From contig CANQEI010000004.1 in NCBI GenBank assembly GCA_947594845.1, positions 29,890 through 93,889 of the forward strand: a stretch of DNA of 64,000 nt. Direction: 5' to 3'. The first letter of the stretch is position 1. Each line of letters opens with the position of its first letter. The DNA is from an uncultured Clostridia bacterium (GTDB lineage Bacteria > Bacillota > Clostridia > TANB77 > CAG-508). The notes under the pieces were generated by a model. That model saw only the letters and a list, made by a program, of their open reading frames with translations, did no database searches and was not told the origin of the DNA. Below, one piece after another: positions 58,655 through 64,000 of the stretch. The position numbers were made by a program, and so were the translations under genes.

Positions 58655-59471
58655 TTGTATAAAAAAAGTTTAACTGCCTGGGAAAGAGTAGAAATAGCAC
58701 GTAATCCAAAAAGAAAAACTGCTTTAGATTACATTAATGAGATATTTGATGAATTTATAGAATTACACGGAGATAGAAACTTTAAAGATGATAAATCTAT
58801 TGTATGTGGATTAGCTAAAATTGGTGAACAAAATTTTACAGTAATAGCAGAGCAAAAAGGAAGAACAACTAAAGAAAATATTGAAAGAAATTTTGGAATG
58901 CCAAATCCTGAAAGCTATAGAAAAGCTATAAGATTTATGCATCAGGCTGAAAAATTTAATAGACCAGTAATTACTTTTATAGATACAAAAGGAGCATATC
59001 CTGGAATTGGAGCAGAAGAAAGGGGACAACGGAGAAGCAATTGCAAAATCAATGTTTGAAATGGCAAGATTAAAAGTTCCAATAATTTCAATTGTAATAG
59101 GAGAAGGTTCAAGTGGTGGTGCATTAGCAATTGGAGTAGGAAATAAAGTACTTATGCTTGAAAATGCAATATATTCAATACTTTCACCAGAAGGATATAG
59201 CAGTATTTTATGGAAAGATTCATCAAGATACAAAGAGGCTGCAGAAAAAATGAGACTAACGGCTAAAGATTTATATGATTTAAAAGTTATTGATAAAATA
59301 ATAAAAGAACCACAAGAAGAAAATGAAGAAGAAAACTTTGAAAAAGTTGCAAAGACTTTAAAAAGAGAAATAAAAAATTTAATATTAGAAATGAAACAAT
59401 GTACTACAGAACAGATTGTAGAGCAGAGATATGAAAAGTTTAGAAATATGGGTGAATATATAAATTTGTAG
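58655..59471 (+). pseudogene. accA: Acetyl-CoA carboxylase carboxyltransferase alpha subunit, interrupted by a 1-nt insertion at about 59030 (or a sequence error)
   Basis: The ORF 58655..59059 reads ...[18 protein letters not shown] then RRSNCKINV*. The ORF 59007..59471 in the next frame reads [35 protein letters not shown].... Deleting C59030 joins them as AEERGQGEAIAKS, the conserved AccA block, giving about 271 aa. Confidence 0.85.
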
Positions 59472-59480
59472 GAGGTAAAA

Positions 59481-60254
59481 ATGTTATTAAAAGATAAAAA
59501 GATACTAATAATGGGAATAAGAAATAAATGGAGTATAGCATATGGAATAGCAAAATCAGCTTATGACAATGGTGCAAAGTTAATATTTACATACATGGGA
59601 GAAGAAAATAAAGAAAAAATAGAAGAGCTTATAAGTGAATTTGAAGGAAGCAAAGCATATGTATTAAATGGAGCATCAGAAGATGATTTAGTAAAAGAAA
59701 CATTTACAAAAATAAAAAAAGAAAATGGAAAAATTGATGGAATAGTTCATGCAATAGCACATGCGAATACAGAAGATTTGCATAATGATTTTATATATAC
59801 TAGTAAAGAAGGATTTAGCCATGCTAATGATGTAAGTGCATATTCTTTTGTACTTACAGCTAGAATTGCAAAAGAGATAGATATGTTGAACGAGAATGCA
59901 AGTTTAGTAACGTTAACATACTATGGCTCAAGCAAAGTATTAGAAGGATATAATGTAATGGGTATTGCAAAAGCTGCATTAGAGTCAAGTGTTAGATACT
60001 TAGCAAGCAATATGGGAAAAGAAGGATATAGAGTTAATGCAATTTCTGCAGGACCAATTAAAACATTATCTGCTAAAGGAATAAAAGATTTCTCATCAAT
60101 TTTAACAGTTGTTGAAGAAAAAGCACCATTACATAGAAATGTAACAACTCTCGAAGTTGGAAATGTTGCAACTTTTATGCTAAGTGACATGTCTAAAGCA
60201 ATTACAGGACAAGTAATTTATGCAGATAGTGGATATAATATCATGGGAATATAA
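59481..60254 (+). CDS. fabI: Enoyl-ACP reductase (NADH), FabI type
   Basis: KILIMGIRNKWSIAYGIA (FabI-type glycine-poor NAD site), Y...MGIAKAALE (Tyr/Lys), and NAISAGPIKTLSA. Confidence 0.92.
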   Translation: MLLKDKKILIMGIRNKWSIAYGIAKSAYDNGAKLIFTYMGEENKEKIEELISEFEGSKAYVLNGASEDDLVKETFTKIKKENGKIDGIVHAIAHANTEDLHNDFIYTSKEGFSHANDVSAYSFVLTARIAKEIDMLNENASLVTLTYYGSSKVLEGYNVMGIAKAALESSVRYLASNMGKEGYRVNAISAGPIKTLSAKGIKDFSSILTVVEEKAPLHRNVTTLEVGNVATFMLSDMSKAITGQVIYADSGYNIMGI

Positions 60255-60266
60255 TAAAATTGAAAA

Positions 60267-60301
60267 GACCCGCGCACTATAGTGTAAGTACGCGGGTTTT
60301 T
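60267..60301 (+). terminator. GC-rich terminator after fabI at the edge of the GC-rich island
   Basis: acccgcg (60268-60274) / cgcgggt (60291-60297) stem enclosing an inner palindrome cactatagtg, followed by a T-run. Confidence 0.65.
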
Positions 60302-60356
60302 CTCCGTTCTTCGAGTGTGGACTTGCGGGTTGTGGGCTAGTGGACAATAACGGCCA

Positions 60357-60740
60357 TCAGATGACCATCAAGATACCACGGAGCCACTGCGGAACGACCG
60401 GACCTCCGGCAGTGATGGGACGATGCGCATCAGCACGCAGGAAGCGGTTAATGTGCGTCTTAATGGTAACCGTACCGATGAAAGCGATGAAAGCCGAACC
60501 GAGAATCACGAGCATGCCCTCAAAGGGAGCCAGAATATCGATAGCGACCATGGCGATCACAGCAAGGAACATAAGACCCCACCAGCGATTCTGATTGTGA
60601 GCAGTCAGCGCCAAGGCGACGAAAGCAAAAATCAGGAGAACGCAGAAGGAGGTGACGGCACCGCTAGCAGCAAAGAGCGCTGCGAAAAACGGGTCGAGGA
60701 GCGAAAACACTCCGAGGAACAGCAAGATGAAAATGACCAT
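60357..60740 (-). CDS. Small 4-TM membrane protein of unknown function (127 aa) in a ~55% GC island
   Basis: SD GGAGGG lies 9 nt upstream of the ATG. There are four hydrophobic segments (VIFILLFLGVFSLL, VTSFCVLLIFAFVALALTA, WWGLMFLAVIAMVAIDIL, MLVILGSAFIAFIGTVTI). Codons end overwhelmingly in G/C (gtc ttc atc ctg ctc gcg ...). My hand count gave 33 G+C in the 60 nt at 60301-60360. Confidence 0.7.
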   Translation of the reverse strand: MVIFILLFLGVFSLLDPFFAALFAASGAVTSFCVLLIFAFVALALTAHNQNRWWGLMFLAVIAMVAIDILAPFEGMLVILGSAFIAFIGTVTIKTHINRFLRADAHRPITAGGPVVPQWLRGILMVI

Positions 60741-60850
60741 GAAGATGATCCCTCCTATATAAGATAAAATATATTATATCACAAATGGCAATAAAAAACA
60801 AGCACATATAAATTGTTGTTATATGATCTAAAATATGATATATTCATATT

Positions 60851-61531
60851 ATGGAAAATAAAATAAGAGAAAAAATATTTAGTTTAGCTGATAAAAAATA
60901 TAAAGAATTTCATTCTGGACTTTGTCCAAACACTGATAATATAGTTGGCGTAAGAGTACCCATTCTTAGGGAATATGCTAAACAGTTAGTAAAAGATGGA
61001 TTTGAAAAAAATTATCATGAAATAAAAAATGAATATTATGAAGAAATTATGCTAAAAGGAATGATGATAGGACTTAAAAAAATGGACATAAAAAATAAAT
61101 TAGCATATATCGAAGAATTTATTCCATATATAGATAACTGGGCTATCTGTGACGTATTTGTAGCCGGATTAAAAATAAAAGAAAAAGAAGAATTTTATAA
61201 ATTTATTCAGACATATTTATCAAATGATAGAACAGAATTTGAAATTAGATTTGGATTAGTTTCACTACTTGACTATTTTATAGATAAAGACCACATAAAG
61301 GATATTTTTAAAATCACAGATAAAATAAGAAAAGATGAATATTACGTTGAAATGGCAATAGCATGGCTGATTTCAATATGTTACATAAAGTTTCCAAATG
61401 AAACGAGAGAATATTTAAACAAAAATAAACTAAGTGATTTTGCATATAATAAATCTATTCAGAAAATAATAGAGTCAAGAAGAATAACTGACGAAGAAAA
61501 AAATATGTTACGAAAATTAAAAAGAAAATAA
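60851..61531 (+). CDS. DNA alkylation repair protein (AlkC/AlkD-like HEAT-repeat family)
   Basis: ADKKYKEFHSGLCPNTDNIVGVRVPILREYAKQL..., then WAICDVF and MAIAWLIS, match the 'DNA alkylation repair enzyme' family pattern. Confidence 0.75.
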   Translation: MENKIREKIFSLADKKYKEFHSGLCPNTDNIVGVRVPILREYAKQLVKDGFEKNYHEIKNEYYEEIMLKGMMIGLKKMDIKNKLAYIEEFIPYIDNWAICDVFVAGLKIKEKEEFYKFIQTYLSNDRTEFEIRFGLVSLLDYFIDKDHIKDIFKITDKIRKDEYYVEMAIAWLISICYIKFPNETREYLNKNKLSDFAYNKSIQKIIESRRITDEEKNMLRKLKRK

Positions 61532-61555
61532 TCATATAAATTTAAAGGAGTAATT

Positions 61556-62389
61556 ATGTTAAAAATAGGATGTCATTTATCTGTTTCAAAAGGATTTTAT
61601 GAAATGGGAAAACAAGCAGTATCAATAAATGCGAATACTATACAATTTTTTACTAGAAATCCACGTGGTGGATCAGCAAAAGAAATTGATGAAGAAGACG
61701 TTAGAAAATTTAAAGAACTAGCAAAAGAAAATAAAATAGAAGTATTGCTAGCACATGCACCATATACATTAAATGCATGTGCAGCTACAGAAAACATAAG
61801 AAATTTTGCCAAAAATACTATGGAAGATGATTTAAAAAGAATGGAATATTTTCCAGGAAACTATTATAACTTTCACCCAGGAAGCCATGTGGGGCAAGGA
61901 GTAGATATAGGAATTAATTATATTGTAGAAATGTTAAACGAAATAATAAAGCCAGAGCAACATACAAAAATTTTATTAGAAACAATGGCGGGAAAAGGCT
62001 CTGAAATAGGAAGAAACTTTGAAGAAATAAAAGAAATAATGGACAGAGTAGAACTTAAAGAACATATAGGAGTTTGCTTAGATACATGTCATATTTTTGA
62101 TGGAGGATATGATATTGTAAATAAATTAGATGAGGTAATAGATGAATTTGATAAAATCATAGGCTTAAAAAATTTATATGCAATTCATTTAAATGATAGC
62201 ATGAATACATTAGAATCACACAAAGATAGACATGCCAAAATAGGAGAGGGAAAAATAGGAATTGAAGCAATTACAAGAATTATAAATCATCCTAAATTGA
62301 GAAATTTACCTTTTTTCTTGGAAACTCCAAATGAATTAGAAGGATATGGTAAAGAAATAGCATTATTAAGAAGTAAATATGAAGAATAA
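61556..62389 (+). CDS. nfo: Endonuclease IV (AP endonuclease family 2)
   Basis: [43 protein letters not shown] and FLETP are metal-ligand motifs of Nfo. Confidence 0.92.
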   Translation: MLKIGCHLSVSKGFYEMGKQAVSINANTIQFFTRNPRGGSAKEIDEEDVRKFKELAKENKIEVLLAHAPYTLNACAATENIRNFAKNTMEDDLKRMEYFPGNYYNFHPGSHVGQGVDIGINYIVEMLNEIIKPEQHTKILLETMAGKGSEIGRNFEEIKEIMDRVELKEHIGVCLDTCHIFDGGYDIVNKLDEVIDEFDKIIGLKNLYAIHLNDSMNTLESHKDRHAKIGEGKIGIEAITRIINHPKLRNLPFFLETPNELEGYGKEIALLRSKYEE

Positions 62390-62400
62390 AAAGAGAAATA

Positions 62401-62437
62401 AAAAAATAGACTTAACTTTAAGTTAAGTCTATTTTTT
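62401..62437. terminator. Bidirectional terminator between nfo and the convergent MBL gene
   Basis: Perfect 13-bp stem aatagacttaact (62405-62417) / agttaagtctatt (62421-62433), flanked by A- and T-runs. Confidence 0.8.
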
Positions 62438-63449
62438 ATTCTTCAGTAGTAGTTCCTGTCTTATCTGCAGTTGAAGGATTGCCATCAAGAGCAGTAGCAA
62501 AAGTTTGAACATTATAAGTTTTACCATCACTAGTTAATAAAATTGTTCCATTCTCATCAGTTCTATATATTTTAGCACCAGAATCGGAAATACGTTTAAT
62601 TATTTCTGCAGAAGGATGAGAATAAGTATTATGCATTCCAACAGAAATAATTGCAGTTTCTGGCTTTACGCTTGATAAAAATTTTTCTGATGTACTTGTA
62701 TCAGAACCATGATGACCAACTTTTAGAACATCTACATCAGGCCAAGAAAATTTATCTTCATTATCCTTTTCTGCATCTCCCATAAATAGAAAAGTCTTTT
62801 CACCATACACCATATGAATAACAATAGAATTAAGATTCAAATTTGATTGTTCTTCATTTTCAACAGACATTATAGTACATATACCATCACCAAGACCAAA
62901 AGTGTTTCCAACTTCACAGCGTGTTATTGAAAGACCTCTTGCTGAAATAGCTTCTAATACAGATTGAAAAGTAGCTGTGGTAGTAGTGGCATCAGGCATA
63001 TAAATTTTACCAATTTCAAAATTATATATTATATCATCAAGTCCACCAATATGATCTTCATGAGGATGAGTACCAACCAAATAATCTATTTTTGAAATTC
63101 CTAATGAGGAAATATAATTTACTAAAAGTGGACCGTCTTCATTATTACCAGCATCAATAAGCATTGTTTGACCGTCTGCAATAACTAAAGCTGAATCTGC
63201 TTGCCCAACATCAAAATAATAAATCTGCAATTTTGAATCTGCAGAGACTACTGTATTTCCAACAGTATTAACAGAAATCATATTTGATGAATTGGTAGGA
63301 ATGTTAAGATTTTCTTCTATTAAGTTATTAACTTCATCAGGAAATTGATTACTTACAAAAGCAGCAATAATCAATAAAATCCCAAGGAAAAGTGTGATAA
63401 TAAAACCTCGTATTTGAGGATATTTCACACGCTTTTTTGCATGCTTCAT
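62436..63449 (-). CDS. Membrane-anchored extracytoplasmic metallo-beta-lactamase-fold hydrolase (ComEC C-terminal-domain-like)
   Basis: N-terminal TM (GFIITLFLGILLIIAAFV), GQADSALV, HPHEDHIGG, and VGHHGSDTS. I prefer the ATG at 63449 (GGAGG 5 nt upstream) to 63461. Confidence 0.8.
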   Translation of the reverse strand: MKHAKKRVKYPQIRGFIITLFLGILLIIAAFVSNQFPDEVNNLIEENLNIPTNSSNMISVNTVGNTVVSADSKLQIYYFDVGQADSALVIADGQTMLIDAGNNEDGPLLVNYISSLGISKIDYLVGTHPHEDHIGGLDDIIYNFEIGKIYMPDATTTTATFQSVLEAISARGLSITRCEVGNTFGLGDGICTIMSVENEEQSNLNLNSIVIHMVYGEKTFLFMGDAEKDNEDKFSWPDVDVLKVGHHGSDTSTSEKFLSSVKPETAIISVGMHNTYSHPSAEIIKRISDSGAKIYRTDENGTILLTSDGKTYNVQTFATALDGNPSTADKTGTTTEE

Positions 63450-63551
63450 AAAAACCTCCATTTCTATGCACCCTCATTATAAATATACTAATTTAAAAAA
63501 TCAACATCTAATAAAAAATTAATAATAATGTAAAAAAATCTTAAAAAATAC

Positions 63552-63580
63552 TTGCAAATATTAAATTTATGTATTAAAAT
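63552..63580 (+). promoter_or_regulatory. Sigma-A promoter of mraZ / dcw cluster
   Basis: TTGCAA (63552-63557), 17-nt spacer, TAAAAT (63575-63580). Confidence 0.6.
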
Positions 63581-63589
63581 TTATACAAA

Positions 63590-63613
63590 GTGGAGAGAAG
63601 TGGTGAAAAGTGG
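63590..63613 (+). promoter_or_regulatory. Three direct GTGG repeats with exact 10-nt phasing: MraZ operator
   Basis: GTGGagagaaGTGGtgaaaaGTGGttag, with boxes at 63590, 63600 and 63610. They lie between the -10 and the mraZ SD. MraZ is known to bind phased direct repeats of this kind in its own promoter. Confidence 0.7.
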
Positions 63614-63638
63614 TTAGTAACCAGAAAGGGTGAGAAGC

Positions 63639-64000
63639 ATGTTAATTGGTGAATTTGAACATTCATTAGATGTCAAAGGAAGATTAATAATGCCTGCAAA
63701 ACTAAGAGATTCAATCGGTGATAGTTTTGTTGTAACTAAAGGTCTAGATGGTTGCTTATTTGCGTTTTCAAAATCAGAATGGGCAAACTTCGAAGAAAAA
63801 TTAAAATCACTACCACTTTCAAACAAAAATTCAAGAGAATTTACAAGATTTTTTCTATCTGGTGCAACAGAATGCGAAATAGATAAGCAAGGTAGATTTT
63901 TAATACCAAATAATTTAAGAGAAGTTGCAGGATTGACAAAAGAGGTTGTAATTATTGGTGTAGGAACCAGAATTGAATTTTGGGATAAACAAAAATGGAA
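63639..64000 (+). CDS. mraZ: Transcriptional regulator MraZ (3' end outside window)
   Basis: [25 protein letters not shown]...[20 protein letters not shown] shows the duplicated SpoVT/AbrB-type DxxGR motifs of MraZ. SD AAAGGGTGAG. It is absent from the ORF track because it runs off the window. Confidence 0.92.
   Translation, partial: MLIGEFEHSLDVKGRLIMPAKLRDSIGDSFVVTKGLDGCLFAFSKSEWANFEEKLKSLPLSNKNSREFTRFFLSGATECEIDKQGRFLIPNNLREVAGLTKEVVIIGVGTRIEFWDKQKW

Noticed and set aside
60340-60767. Two plus-strand ORFs (84 and 114 aa) in the GC-rich island
   Set aside because: They are antisense to the minus-strand 4-TM gene, which has the SD and coherent hydrophobic periodicity. The plus-strand products are R/E/S-rich nonsense typical of GC-rich antisense frames.
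63614-63826. 70-aa minus-strand ORF
   Set aside because: It is antisense to mraZ, which has the strong family signature.
1-64000. CRISPR arrays, transposases, integrases, restriction-modification, toxin-antitoxin or other recognisable defence systems
   Set aside because: I saw no regularly spaced short repeats and no ORF with nuclease/ATPase/recombinase signatures of these classes. The only tandem repeat (10583-10795) has an 83-nt period with no spacers.

Overview
This is a very AT-rich chromosomal window from a low-GC Firmicute (Clostridia-like). Sporulation-type genes (SpoVD-like PBP with PASTA domains, YaaT/RicT, a Spo0E-like ORF) support that placement. All calls come from reading the ORF translations and the DNA by eye. 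Family assignments rest on remembered motifs, not on searches. Most of the window is a housekeeping backbone: dnaB', tilS, ftsH, nrdDG, dnaG-rpoD, tRNA-Met, rplU-rpmA, a cyclophilin, rpsF-ssb-rpsR, a PBP, rsmA, lepB, holB, yaaT, mtaD-like, ferredoxin, rpsU, yqeY, an M16 peptidase pair, a fab/acc fatty-acid cluster, an alkD-like gene, nfo and mraZ'. Several things stand out against this. (1) An ~18 kb block (17.4-35.7 kb) holds three giant envelope genes. Two are translationally coupled ~1700-aa repeat-rich surface proteins with non-LPXTG C-terminal anchors. One of them has a possible thioester-domain signature and a Cys/His cluster. The third is a ~2620-aa homologue of cyclic beta-1,2-glucan synthase (GT84 + cyclisation + GH94 domains). 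(2) Directly downstream, an OmpR-type response regulator and its histidine kinase are separated by a 1.7 kb insertion. The insertion carries an opposite-strand gene with foreign codon usage that encodes a secreted cell-wall/glucan-binding-repeat protein. (3) Two more single-gene islands of atypical composition are present: a 127-aa 4-TM protein at about 55% GC, and an M15 peptidase with a PG-binding domain. Neither has mobility genes nearby. (4) Two single-nucleotide frameshifts are visible, one in accA and one in a membrane-anchored Zn-ribbon protein. (5) Smaller non-coding signals include an 83-nt tandem repeat next to the tRNA, a shared 14-mer in two terminators, three phased GTGG MraZ boxes and two perfect palindromes upstream of operons. 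I found no CRISPR array, transposase, integrase or recognisable defence system. The envelope block plus the interrupted two-component system is the best candidate for something undescribed, but its function is inference only.
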